Part shown: piece after piece, positions 1 to 10,548 of the stretch
Position numbering within the stretch: position 1 is the first letter of the stretch
Layout: every line of letters starts with the position of its first letter
Assembly: GCA_963752595.1 (NCBI GenBank)
Contig: CAVVYZ010000017.1
Coordinates: forward strand, 160,001-224,000
DNA length: 64,000 nucleotides
Reading direction: 5' to 3'
Source of the DNA: an uncultured delta proteobacterium
Lineage (GTDB): Bacteria; Desulfobacterota; Desulfomonilia; UBA1062
Made by a program: the position numbers and the translations under genes
Notes under the pieces: generated by a model
What the model saw: only the letters and a program-made list of their open reading frames with translations
What the model was told of the DNA's origin: nothing
The model's database searches: none

Positions 1-1272
1 CAGCTTATTGAGCGCCCAGTAGTGCTTGCAGGCCATGTGGCCGCCCATGATCAGCGCATCGACCTTGAACGCCTTGCAGATGTGCACGAAGTCGTTGATC
101 CACACGTCCGAGAAGCTCATGGTCTGCCTGGCCATGGGCATCTGCATGGACCGCCATGCAAGCCCCTCGATCATGGTTTCCATGTTGGTCGTGTCCACCT
201 TGCCGACATCGGCTGGGAAATAGGTCAGAGTGTCTTCTGTATAGATTGCGCCATGCTCGTTCTCCAGCCAGTTGAAGAAGGGCAGGTCGAAGCATTCCCA
301 GGTGTAACCCCATGCGAGCCTCCTCTCCTTCTTTCCCTCCGGAAGAACCCCTTCTCCTTTGTCTGCGCGTTTCTTGACGATCCCATAAAGGTCTCTGAAG
401 TACTTGGCCCCGTGGGGGGTGCCTATCTGGCACATGAAGATGGTGTCTGCCGGCCTGTGCCATCCCGTGTCGGGACAAGGGACCATCTTCTTGAGCTCCT
501 GTATCTTCACGATATAGTCCACGGCCTCATTCCCGTACTCCACATATTCCCTGAGCCTTCCCTCATCGATCTTCTTCCCGGCGATCTTCTCGAGGTTCGC
601 CACCAGCCTCCTCGTCTCGCCTATCATGAACCGATGCGCCCGCTCGTTGAAGTAGTAGGGTGTCTCAGTGGTGAGGAGGGGGACCTTGCACTTGTGGGCT
701 GCCCATTCATAGATTCGATTGCTTGCATCGCAGGGGTTCGCACCCTTAAGAAACATATCCGGTTTCGGGAGGTATCCCTTGAGCAGGAAGCCTGCCGCAC
801 CCTTGTTGGATGAGCATAGATGGTCCGGGTAGCCCTCGCCCTCTATGGCGTCGATACCTTCCTCGCAGCCGTCTGTGTAGAGCGCCGCGGTGAGCCCCGA
901 GAGTACCTCGAAACAAATGGGCACGATATCGAGGGCCAGCATGGGTTCGATGCTGTGGATGAAGTAGTGGTAGCACACCTTGTTCCCGGCATCGAGGCCC
1001 TTGTGCATCTCATCCACATAACTTCCAATATTATTCACGAAGTTCAGGGCGGTTTCCTTGTTCTTGTCCTCGAGGATGCAGTTGATGAGGTCGGTCTGGA
1101 TCATATCGAAGTTTTTCTGGAACACTTCTGGGAGGATATCCCTCACTACCTCCTTCCCACCCCAGTCATCGAGGTGGGTGATATCCTGGCTCAGGATATA
1201 TTTTGCCAGATCCGCGGTGACCTGCCACCATGTCGTCACTGTCCTGTCTTTACGATCACTGTATTCTGCCAT
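1..1272 (-). CDS. 2-hydroxyacyl-CoA dehydratase family subunit (HgdA/FldB/BcrB-like); 3' end runs off the window
   Basis: Not in the ORF track because there is no stop in the window. Manual translation from ATG 1272 (SD GGAGG) is open to base 1: MAEYSDRK...EGYPDHLCSSNKG...NPCDASNRIYE...GGHMACKHYWAL. The three spaced Cys match the [4Fe-4S] ligands of this family; paired with the upstream subunit. Confidence 0.85.
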   Translation of the reverse strand, partial: MAEYSDRKDRTVTTWWQVTADLAKYILSQDITHLDDWGGKEVVRDILPEVFQKNFDMIQTDLINCILEDKNKETALNFVNNIGSYVDEMHKGLDAGNKVCYHYFIHSIEPMLALDIVPICFEVLSGLTAALYTDGCEEGIDAIEGEGYPDHLCSSNKGAAGFLLKGYLPKPDMFLKGANPCDASNRIYEWAAHKCKVPLLTTETPYYFNERAHRFMIGETRRLVANLEKIAGKKIDEGRLREYVEYGNEAVDYIVKIQELKKMVPCPDTGWHRPADTIFMCQIGTPHGAKYFRDLYGIVKKRADKGEGVLPEGKKERRLAWGYTWECFDLPFFNWLENEHGAIYTEDTLTYFPADVGKVDTTNMETMIEGLAWRSMQMPMARQTMSFSDVWINDFVHICKAFKVDALIMGGHMACKHYWALNKL

Positions 1273-1276
1273 GGCT

Positions 1277-2410
1277 CTACCTCCTGGAAATCCTCTCAAT
1301 GAATGCCTCGATCCTTGTCCTGAGCCTCCCCGTGTCGCTGAGCATGTGGTCCCTGTCGAGGTTCAGCACCGGTATACCCTTTGGCTCAAGCTCGTCCGCG
1401 AGCATCGTGGAATCCACGGCGTGGTTGTCGCAGAACACGATCTTCTGGAGGATGATGCCGTCCACATTGGCCTCCTTAGCCATCTTTTCGGTGTAAGCCA
1501 GCCGCTGTTCGAAGTGACCCATCATGCGCGGGCACGGGTTGCTGTAGTAATAGCTGCGGGCTATAGCCTCGACGGCATTGCCGTTCTTCGGTGTGGCGAC
1601 AAGGTCCTGAAAGCTCCGGGAACCGGAGCAGAGGGTATCGGTCACGATCACCGCCCCCAGGTCCTCGATCATCTCGAAGAGCTGCGGGTTGTCAAGCTCA
1701 GAGCCGCCCACCATGACCCGGGCCTTGTAGTCCGATATACCATCGGCCTTCCGGATTTCATCGAGGGCATCCTTAAGGAGCGTGTTGAACCTTTCCCTCT
1801 GCATGATGCCTGCAGCCAGAACGATCCTCAGGGCATCCGAACCCTTGATGGGAACGTTGTCCGCCTTCCTCAGCTCATAAAGATCTGCCACCAGTCGTTT
1901 CGATTCGTTGTAGATGTCGATGGACCTGGCAAGGTCTTCGGCGGTAAGTCTCGGGGCAAAGTCGCTTCGGATCTTCTCGCTGAACCGCATGATTTCATCC
2001 AGGTACCACTCGAAGCCTGCGTCATAGATGGAGTGCGGCAAGGTCACCATGTACTGGTAGTCGGTGGCGGAAATGTGCTTATCCCACACCTCGTACATGC
2101 GTCGGATCTGCTCGCAACCGTTCAGAAAGCACAGCCCGTCCAGGAAGTCGTACTTTCCGGAGAGGCCTTCCTGGAGAAGACATCGGGAATAGGTGCAATT
2201 GAACCGGTGGTAGTACACGTCCGCAAGCCCGGTCTCGGTGCACCCCCTCGCTTCCATACGGTAGGGGAATATCCCTGCTGCATGGATGATCTCGGCCGGG
2301 GCATAGTGGCATGTGTACCCGACAATGCGGCCGCCGGTTTCTTTCCATTTCGCGATGTACGGGTTCTTGTCGCGTTCGGGAAGCGATTTCAGTTCTTCAA
2401 GAGCCGTCAT
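1277..2410 (-). CDS. 2-hydroxyacyl-CoA dehydratase family subunit (HgdB/FldC/BcrC-like)
   Basis: Motifs GYTCHYAPAEIIHAAG, FNCTYSRC, NGCEQIRR, IVFCDNH, GRLRTRIEAFIE; ATG 2410 preceded by AGGAGG. Confidence 0.9.
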   Translation of the reverse strand: MTALEELKSLPERDKNPYIAKWKETGGRIVGYTCHYAPAEIIHAAGIFPYRMEARGCTETGLADVYYHRFNCTYSRCLLQEGLSGKYDFLDGLCFLNGCEQIRRMYEVWDKHISATDYQYMVTLPHSIYDAGFEWYLDEIMRFSEKIRSDFAPRLTAEDLARSIDIYNESKRLVADLYELRKADNVPIKGSDALRIVLAAGIMQRERFNTLLKDALDEIRKADGISDYKARVMVGGSELDNPQLFEMIEDLGAVIVTDTLCSGSRSFQDLVATPKNGNAVEAIARSYYYSNPCPRMMGHFEQRLAYTEKMAKEANVDGIILQKIVFCDNHAVDSTMLADELEPKGIPVLNLDRDHMLSDTGRLRTRIEAFIERISRR

Positions 2411-2448
2411 AGAAACCTCCTTTACTGGATTAGACAAAGGGAATATGC

Positions 2449-4130
2449 CTATCCCTTTTTCTGCTTCATGATCTCCTCTTCCCTGAGCTGACGTTTGAAG
2501 ATCTTCTCCGTCACGGTCAGGGGGAGATTGTCCCTGAATTCCACAGCCTTCGGCACGGCATACGGTGCAAGGTTGTTCCGGCAGTGCTCAATGATGTCCG
2601 CTTCCGTTGTCGTTTCCTTACAGGCGTCCTTCAGGACCACGAATGCCTTGATCCGCTCGCTTCCGTCACGTTCCGGGTCGGGGATTCCGATGGCCACCGC
2701 CGCGGCTACGGAAGCATGCTCGAAGAGCACCGTATCCACAAGGGTGGTATAGACCTTGTTGCCCGAGACATTGACCATGTCCTTGTCGCGGTCCACGAGG
2801 TAAAAATACCCGTCCTCATCCATCCTGCAGAGATCGCCGGTCCTGAGCCAGCCGTCAATGAGACCAGAACCCGGTTCCGGCCAGTACCCCATCATCACCT
2901 GGGGCCCGCGCACATAGAGCTCTCCCACCTCTCCGGGGAGGAGGTCCTCTCCTGTGGTTTCGTCCACGACCCTGGCATCGGTATCCACGACAGGCACCCC
3001 GATAGAGCCGACCTTCTCGAAAGGCATGAAGCCCGTTATCTTTGAAAAGCTGGAAACATTGAAGTGTGTCACCGGGCTGGTCTCGGTGAGACCGTACGCC
3101 TCGGTGATGGGCATGCCGGTCTCCTTCTTGAACTCGACCCTGACCTTCTCGGGAAGGGGTGCAGCACCGGAGGCAAAGGTGGTGTTCGTCCTGCCGATCT
3201 TCTTCTCCACGAGCCTCATGTACTGGGTGGGGACCAGCGGCGCCATGAAGGGACGGTACTTCTTCAGGAAAAAAACTATGGTGTCGGTGTCCCTCGGGTC
3301 GGGCAGCAGGAGCATCTGGAGTCCCCAGTAAACGCAGGCCCGGATAGTCCAGTGGCCATAGGAGTGGAACGTGGGAATCCCGATGAGCATGGATGCCTTG
3401 CCGATGATCCCCTTCTCAGCGGTTTGAGAACCCAGGGGAAAGCCTGGATCGTGTTCGTGACCAGGTTGCAGTGCGTGAGCATCACCCCTTTGGGCACGCC
3501 GGTGGCGCCTCCGGTGAACACCAGCTCGGCAAGGTCTTCCTTCGGGTTCACCGGGACCGCGGTAAGCATGGGATCATGGCCCGCGATCACCTTCCTGAGC
3601 TGAAGAGTCCCCGGCCTCTCTGCCAATGGCTGCTCCTCGGAGGAGAAGTCGCTCACCCTGGTGATGATGATGTGCTCAAGCTTGGTCTTGTCACGTATGG
3701 AGCTTATGAGCTCAAGTGAGTCCTCAAGGCAGATCAGGACCTTGGCACCTGACTCGCCGATCTCGTAGGCGAGTTCCCTGCTCCGGTGCAGCAGGCTGCA
3801 CGGCACATGGACCGCCCCTGCCTTGAGTATGGCATAATCACTGATGATGAACTGGGGCGAAGTCGGCAGGATGGTGGCCACCCTGTCCCCCTTGGAGATG
3901 CCCAGCGCTGCGAGCCCGGCTGCAAGCCTGTCCACCAGGTTCCTGAGCTCTTCCCAGGTATATTTTTTCCCCAGGTACTCGCATGCCGACCTTTTCGCAT
4001 ACCTTGCAGCAGTCCCGTCAAAGACCGTGGAGAGAGACACATCTGGGTATGGCGCCATGGAATCCTCAAGTTTGAACGGTCCGAGCTTGTAGTTCTTGAT
4101 CCAGGGTCTCTTGCTGTTTTCACTCATCAT
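2449..4130 (-). CDS. Long-chain acyl-CoA ligase (AMP-binding enzyme), split by one frameshift near 3418
   Basis: N-part has FTGGATGVPKGVMLTH; C-part has YGLTETSP and WLRTGD. The halves join by restoring one G in ccgctgagaagggg. Confidence 0.88.
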
Positions 4131-5991
4131 TCATTCTCCCAGTTCATCGATTACGAAATCCAGACCGAGCTCATGGAGCTTCTCCGGGGTGGGTATCCCG
4201 GTCTGCTTGTCCCAGCCCCTGTACCCGTAGTAGGCGTCCAGGAGCGGCTCAAGGTCAACGGTGAGCCCCGCGGCAGGACCGTCGGGCAGTGGATCTTCAA
4301 GCAGTCTCTTTGGCAGGGTGTCATCCTTCCTGCTCAGCCCCTCCCGCACATTGAACGCACGGGCCAGGTTGAAGATCCTCTCGCCAGCCTGCCTGAATCC
4401 TGCAACATCAAGATTCCAGCCCGTTGCGCCGTTGATCACCGGCACGATGTCTTCGGCCATGAGGGCCATGCCCATGAACTTGCAGGCGCCCAGTGCATCG
4501 AAAGTGGTCAGGGCGTCTTCCATATCCTTGACGACCTTGGCCTCCAGGGGATTCTCTTTCGTTACATCCTCGATGGTGTTCTCCTCCACAATGAGGAAGG
4601 GGATGTCCAGGAAGGTGGGACCCTGCACATAGGCCGTGATATGATCGCCGCCCCTGTTGGCGGTGACATACGCCAGGCCCGTGATCTTCGTGGCCCGGCA
4701 GTCATAGGCGGGCAGCTCCATGCCCTTGACGTTCATGGCAAACCGCTCGCTGCCGCCTCCCAGCTGCTTCGCCATATCCTTGTCCCCTCGGCCAGAAGGT
4801 CTCCGACACCTTCCCTGGCGGCTATCCGGCGTACCAGATCGACCATGGTGTCCGTGTCTCCGAACAGGATCTCTTTGCCGCCCGTGTTCTTCTTGTTCAG
4901 GATACCCTTCTCGTAGCACTCCATGGCAAAGGCGATGGTGCTGCCGGCCGAGACCGTGTCGAGCCCGTAGTCGTTGCACAGGATGTGTGCATAGGTAATG
5001 GCCTCGATGTCACTGATATCGCACATGGGGCCGAAGGTGCCGATGCTCTCATATTCCGGGCCTTCTCCCTTTATGGCGTATTTTCCGGTCTTGATGTCCA
5101 CAAGCCTGCCGCAGGCAATGGGGCAGGCATAGCACGCCTTCCTCCCCACCAGGATCTTCTCATTGAGGGACGGAGCGTTGATCTTGTCCGCATAGGTGCA
5201 GACACCGCTCTGCCAGTTGCGCGTGGGAAGGCCTCCCTTGACGTTGACGAGATCGAGCACCATGGAGGTGCCATACACCTCGAGCGTCATCTTCAGGAGG
5301 CTTTCGCTGATGAAGTCGGATGCCACCTTTGCCGCCGCCTCAAATGCATCCTGGTCGAAGATGGGGATCTTCAGCTCACCCTTAACCGCAACGGCCTTGA
5401 GCTTCTTGGAGCCCATGACGGCCCCGAACCCGCCCCGCCCCAGAGCCCGGTGGCGCTCATTCATGATCGTGGCATACTTGACTAGGTTTTCCCCGCCCGT
5501 TCCGATGCAGGCGATGCAGAAGCCCTTGCCGAGCTGCTGCTCAAGTATCGTCGTAGTGTCGAAGACGTTCTTCCCCCAGAGTCCGTCCGCATCCTTGAAG
5601 ACCGTCTTTCCATTTTCAATGATCAGATAGACCGGTTTTTCGGAAACCCCTTCGATAATGATACCGTCATACCCGCTCCTCTTGAGCTCCCTGCCCCACT
5701 TCCCTCCTGAACCCGACTGGCCCCAGAGGCCGGTAAGCGGAGACTTGGTGACGGCATTGTACTTCCCGGAGCTGGGAGAAAGTGTCCCGGTCAGAGGACC
5801 TGACATGAAGATCAGCTTATTGTCGGGTCCGAGCGGCTCTATCCCCGGCTTGAGCTCCTGGTACAGGTACTTGGTGGCAAGGCCGCACCCTCCCAGGAGA
5901 AGGGAGGCATCTCCCCTGGGAAGGGCCTCTTCCGATAACACTTCCTGTTCGTCAGATCGACTCTGAGAATCTTACCCATGAAACCGGACAT
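4131..5991 (-). CDS. aor: Aldehyde:ferredoxin oxidoreductase (tungstopterin AOR family), frameshifts near 5940 and 4780
   Basis: Start MSGFMGKILRVDLT at 5991; GRGGFGAVMGSKKLKAV, CYACPIACGR, EGPEYE, NDYGLDT, NRGGDH, LGACKF, YYGYRGWD motifs distributed across three frames. Confidence 0.88.
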
Positions 5992-6017
5992 GTCTCTTTC
6001 CCCCTTGCTGTATAGTG

Positions 6018-6380
6018 TCAGTCGGACCGCATGATGGTTACCATCTTCAAGAGCTTGAGGAGGTTTCCCCTCACTTTGATCCTGCCCTTGAGCACCCCTA
6101 CGATGGGGTTAAGCTCGCCACAGCTATATGCGGCCACGGTGTCGAAATCGGCCCACAGCGCAGCCGAGGGTTTCTCAACAGGGCCGTCCTTCAGCGAGAC
6201 GCTACCCTTTTCAAAGATGATGGTTATAGCCACGCCGGTGCTTTTTCTCGTCGCAACCAGGCTCCCGGAAATTTTGCAGAGCTTCTTCATTCGATCCGGG
6301 TTATTGATGTTCTGCTCCATGATGGGCAGCAGAGTGGCGCCCAGGCCGTTGAGTTCTCCGATGATATGGATCTCATCCAT
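6018..6380 (-). CDS. SCP2 sterol/lipid-binding domain protein
   Basis: 120 aa with C-terminal GELNPIVGVLKGRIKVRGN typical of SCP2. Confidence 0.75.
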   Translation of the reverse strand: MDEIHIIGELNGLGATLLPIMEQNINNPDRMKKLCKISGSLVATRKSTGVAITIIFEKGSVSLKDGPVEKPSAALWADFDTVAAYSCGELNPIVGVLKGRIKVRGNLLKLLKMVTIMRSD

Positions 6381-6407
6381 GTTCGGCTCCTGATGAACGG
6401 CAAGCCC

Positions 6408-6831
6408 TCACTCGCCGAGGTACTCATTCGGGAAGGAGCTGATGGAATTGGCTACGGCCCTGACGAACTTGGCATTGCGCATAATCTTGCTCATGTCGCC
6501 CTTAAGCTTCAGGGCACCGCGCACGACCATCTCGATGAAGTCCTTCTCGCCTTTTACGACCAGCTTGAAGTCGCCATAAGAGCCCGTTACATAGAAACCG
6601 GGGTCTAAACTGCCCGCGATTATCCATCATTTTGCTTTCAAGGCATTTGCCTTCCTTGGCATCGAGAAAGATATAATGGGTCTTTTCCAGGCCGCTTCCG
6701 GGGCTTACCTCGAATACCAGGCTTCCTTTGAATCCTACACCCCAGTTCTTGCCGGACTCGGCAACCGCAGGATCATTGTTCAATGCATCCTTCCATTTGT
6801 CACACCATTCCTGAGATGGATACAGAGCCAT
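6408..6831 (-). CDS. Second SCP2 domain protein, frameshift near 6615
   Basis: MALYPSQEWCDKWKDALNND (SD AGGAGG) continues in another frame as PGFYVTGSYGDFKLVVKGEKDFIEMVVRGALKLKGDMSKIMR, stop at 6408-6410. Confidence 0.78.
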
Positions 6832-6881
6832 GCTACACCTCCTTAATGTCAGTCTGCAGGCACGCTTGCGGCGGGCCTTTT

Positions 6882-8141
6882 CTACAAAGTCTCCAGTTCG
6901 TACCAATACCTGGCGTTCTCCAGGTGCTTCAGTCCAAGACCGCCCATCCAGAGTCCGATCATCTTGCTGTCCCGCCAGTGCTTCTCCACATCGAACTCCC
7001 GGGAATAACCGTAGGATCCCATGTAGTCCATGGCCGTGCTGCATACCTTTTCAACGGCCTGGCTTGCGAATATAGCCAGCCCACGGCTTTTGTGCGCCAT
7101 CTTGTTACTCCATGGGTCTGTACCATAGATTTCAGGATGATCCACCTCGCGGCAGTACATATGAATCCAAGCCGATGTAGCCTCGATGGAGATAGCTATC
7201 TCTGACAGGGCTGCCGCGACCATGCTGTGTTCTTTGAGTGGCTTGCCCGCAATGATGCGCTCGGTGGTCCACCGCTTGATGATTTCATAGATATTCTTCA
7301 TCACGCCCAGGCACATGGATGCCGAGGCCATGTTTCCATAGGTGATCATCTCGGTGAAGTACTTCAGATCGTCTCCCGGCCCGTGAGCGCGATAACTCTT
7401 GGGCACGTGCACATCCTCGAACCATATATCGGTGTTCATATCGGCTGCCATGCCGGCCTTCTGGTAGGGACCTCCCATGGCTACACCGGGTGCATCGGCA
7501 GGCACATAGATGAATGCAAAGTCGTTCAGGTCAGTGGATCCCTTTTTTGTAGTGCACACCACGCCATAAAGATTTGCCACATCTCCCGAATTCGTGGGCC
7601 ATATCTTGTGGCCATTGATCACCCACTCGTCGCCAATCAGCTTGGCTGTGGTCTGGATGGTCTTGCCGCGCATCCTGTCCATATTCTCAATGTCTGCACC
7701 GCTCGACGGCTCGGTCATGGCATTGCAACCGACATAGAGCGTCTCGCCGCAGAATTTGGGTCCGAGAACCTTAATGAGCTCCATGTTGCGATGGGGCTTG
7801 AGTATGATCGGCAGCATGGGCCACAGTGAGCAGAGGACTGCGACCGTGAACCCCGAATCGATGCGCCCGCCCTCTTCGGCGAGGATGCAGACCAGCGTAC
7901 AGGTATCGGGTATGTCGGTCCCTCCCACTTCGGCAGGGAAGAACGCAGCGTTTATCCCTAGGTCAACCAGAACCTCCTTGAGGAGGGGCTTGACAAGCTT
8001 ATGGTCTCTCCAGTCCTCATCGATCTGCTGCCTGATGGGTATGTATTGGTCCTTGCCCCATTCCCGCAGCACCTTGCCGATATCGGTTACAAAGTCCGAG
8101 ACCCATTCCTTCGGCCTGATGAAATCATCTATATTCGCCAT
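6882..8141 (-). CDS. Acyl-CoA dehydrogenase
   Basis: AMTEPSSGAD, WVINGHKIWPTN, MGSYGYSREFDVEKHWRD motifs. Confidence 0.92.
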   Translation of the reverse strand: MANIDDFIRPKEWVSDFVTDIGKVLREWGKDQYIPIRQQIDEDWRDHKLVKPLLKEVLVDLGINAAFFPAEVGGTDIPDTCTLVCILAEEGGRIDSGFTVAVLCSLWPMLPIILKPHRNMELIKVLGPKFCGETLYVGCNAMTEPSSGADIENMDRMRGKTIQTTAKLIGDEWVINGHKIWPTNSGDVANLYGVVCTTKKGSTDLNDFAFIYVPADAPGVAMGGPYQKAGMAADMNTDIWFEDVHVPKSYRAHGPGDDLKYFTEMITYGNMASASMCLGVMKNIYEIIKRWTTERIIAGKPLKEHSMVAAALSEIAISIEATSAWIHMYCREVDHPEIYGTDPWSNKMAHKSRGLAIFASQAVEKVCSTAMDYMGSYGYSREFDVEKHWRDSKMIGLWMGGLGLKHLENARYWYELETL

Positions 8142-8181
8142 ACCTTACGTCTCCTCCTGTCTATGAAATTCGATCTACACC

Positions 8182-8547
8182 TTACAGATTCCAGCCTAAC
8201 GTGGTGCTGAGAAAACCCTTGAGCCGGTCTTCATCTGCCACACCCAGCAGACGGTCCTTTTCTTTGCCTTTTTCGAAGAGCAGGAAGGCGGGACTGCCCT
8301 GAAGATCGAGCTTCTCCTTGAGTGCCGTGTGAGATTCTTCATCCACCAGGCACACCTTCAGATCTATAGGGTAGTCTTGGGCCATCCTTCCGAGCACATC
8401 CCTGATCAGATCCGTCTGGTTGCCGAACTGGTAGTCCCTGCGGATGCACAGCATGAGCACGGGCTTGTCGTCAGAACCGATCTCACGGTCGAACTCGTTG
8501 AACTTGATGAGCTTGATTGGATATTCCCGTTTCCCTCTTCTCTTCAT
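8182..8547 (-). CDS. Thioredoxin-fold protein lacking CxxC
   Basis: KPVL...KVCLVDEES...LQGSPAFLLFEKGKEKDRLLG matches the thioredoxin cis-Pro region; no CxxC. Confidence 0.65.
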   Translation of the reverse strand: MKRRGKREYPIKLIKFNEFDREIGSDDKPVLMLCIRRDYQFGNQTDLIRDVLGRMAQDYPIDLKVCLVDEESHTALKEKLDLQGSPAFLLFEKGKEKDRLLGVADEDRLKGFLSTTLGWNL

Positions 8548-8615
8548 ATCACCACACCACGGCAGAATTATGTTCCCGATTCAAAAGCCCCCGAGGGGCG
8601 AATGTTCTCATATAT

Positions 8616-8631
8616 TGAAAATTCCATGCCA
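8616..8631 (-). promoter_or_regulatory. sigma54-like -24/-12 element for the lipid operon
   Basis: Minus strand TGGCAT-GGAAT-TTTCA about 70 bp before the first gene; a sigma54 activator gene is adjacent. Confidence 0.55.
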
Positions 8632-8697
8632 AGAGGGACATGGCAGAATATCTTCAGGGATTTAGGTTAGTTGCAAAAGAAGCGAGCGGATATGCAC

Positions 8698-8765
8698 TGG
8701 TAATATACACAATGTTAAACCATTTACATCATAGTGTATCTGATACATAAGGTGTAAAAAATACA
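8698..8765. promoter_or_regulatory. Candidate enhancer array (TGT-N7-ACA-type boxes)
   Basis: TGTATCTGATACA (8735-8747), TGTAAAAAATACA (8753-8765), TGTTAAACCATTTACA (8713-8728); TACA ends fall at 8709, 8728, 8747, 8765. Confidence 0.55.
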
Positions 8766-8789
8766 GCGTAGAGAATCATTGGAGACCTC

Positions 8790-10534
8790 TTACCCCTGCT
8801 TGTGGATGCCATACTCCTGCAGCTTCCGGTAGAGCGTGGGCCTGCTCATAGAGAGCACGCGGGCTGCCTTGGCTATATTCCAGTCGGTCTGCGTGAGGAT
8901 ATCGAGGATAAGCCCTGCCTCGCTGCCGGAATGCTTTTCTTCGGCTCCCCCCTCTGCGCTAGGCCGAGCATGTATGGTGGGAGGTGCTCCGGCAGGATGA
9001 CGCGGTCGTTGCACAGCACGAACGCATGCTCTATGGCATGCTCCAGCTCCCGAACGTTTCCGGGCCAGGGGTAATTGATGAATATTCTCATCACCTCTTC
9101 GGAGATGCCGCTGATGATCTTCTTGAACGAGCCCTCGAACATGGTGCGGAAGTGATCCACGAGCAGGGGGATGTCCTCGATCCTCTCCCGCATGGGCGGC
9201 AGGTTTATCTCGACCACGTTGAGGCGGTAGTACAGGTCTTCCCTGAACTCACCCCTCTTGACCTTTTCCCTCAGGTCACGGTTCGTGCTGGCTATGACCC
9301 TGGCCTCGGTCTTCCGGGTGGCGGAATCCCCCACACGCTCGTAGGTCTTCGCCTCCAGGACCCTCAGGAGCTTGGCCTGGATGCGCGGCGGGATGTCCCC
9401 GATCTCGTCGAGAAGAATGGTGCCGTCCTTTGCCAGCTCGAACCGGCCCTGCTTGTCCTTGATCGCACCGGTAAACGCCCCCCTGATATGCCCGAAGAGC
9501 TCGCTCTCGAGAAGGCTTTCAGCCAAAGCCGCGCAGTTCACCTTTACAAAGGGCTTGATGGATTTTTTTCCTGAATGATGGAGGGCGTTCGCCACAAGCT
9601 CCTTTCCGGTCCCGCTCTCACCGGTTATGAGGACCGTGGTCTCATGATCCGAGAGGGCCTCGACCAGTTTGAAGATGTTCTGCACGTTTCTGCTTTTCCC
9701 GATGATGTTGTGAAACCTGCTTCTGTCTCTCAGCTCTTCCTCAAGATCGTGAAGCCGGGTGATATCCCTGACCACGAGAACGGCGCCCATGAATGCTCCC
9801 TGGTCGTCCGTCAGTGGTGAGCACGAGAGCAGCACGACCTGCCGGGGCCGGTCATGATGCTCGCACTCCATCCTCAGCTCCCGTATAGGTAGTTTATTTT
9901 TCAGGGTCTCCCTGATCACCTTGGAGCAGTTGTGACTGCACTTTGTGAAACAATCGTCAAACGCCCTTCCTGTAATCTTTCTTATGGACATGCCGCTGAT
10001 GCTCTCGATATGCCTGTTCGCATCGATTACGCGCATGTTCTCGTCAACCGTTATGATCGCGTCGTTCACGCTCTGGAAGATCGCCTCCAGGTTCGTGCGG
10101 TATTTCTCCTTCTCTCTCGTTATCTGCTCTTTCTCATCGAGGAGAGCTTTATGGCTGATGGCCATGGAGGCGGCACGAAGCAGGTCGTTTTTCCGGACAG
10201 GCTTTATCAGAAAATCAAAGGCCCCGCGCCTGAGCGCATCGGTGGCATTATCCAGGGTCGGGTTTCCCGTTATCATGACCACCGGATGCTTCAGATACAG
10301 CGACTTAACCTGTTTGAGCAGGTCCAGGCCCGATTCCCCCCCGAGCACGATGTCGATGAAGATGAGGTCTACCTGGGTGTGGAACAGGATCTTCCGGGCG
10401 CTTTTGAGGTCCGATGCAGTGACTACGTCATACCCTTCTTCCTTCAGGAAGTGGGAGAAGGTGAACCTGATGCTTTCCTCATCGTCAACGACGAGGATCT
10501 TCTTTTTGAGTCTCTTTTTCTCAGGCTCTGACAT
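8790..10534 (-). CDS. sigma54-dependent response regulator (REC-PAS-AAA+-HTH); frameshift near 8950 separates the HTH
   Basis: ILVVDDE, GESGTGKE, GAFTGA, WPGNVREL; HTH WNIAKAARVLSMSRPTLYRKL lies in the adjacent frame. Confidence 0.92.
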
Positions 10535-10548
10535 GATTTCCCCTTCGT

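Noticed and set aside
22-2491. Long plus-strand ORFs (263, 160 and 477 aa) and similar antisense ORFs throughout the window
   Set aside because: They shadow well-supported genes on the opposite strand, carry no motifs, and are expected in GC-rich coding DNA
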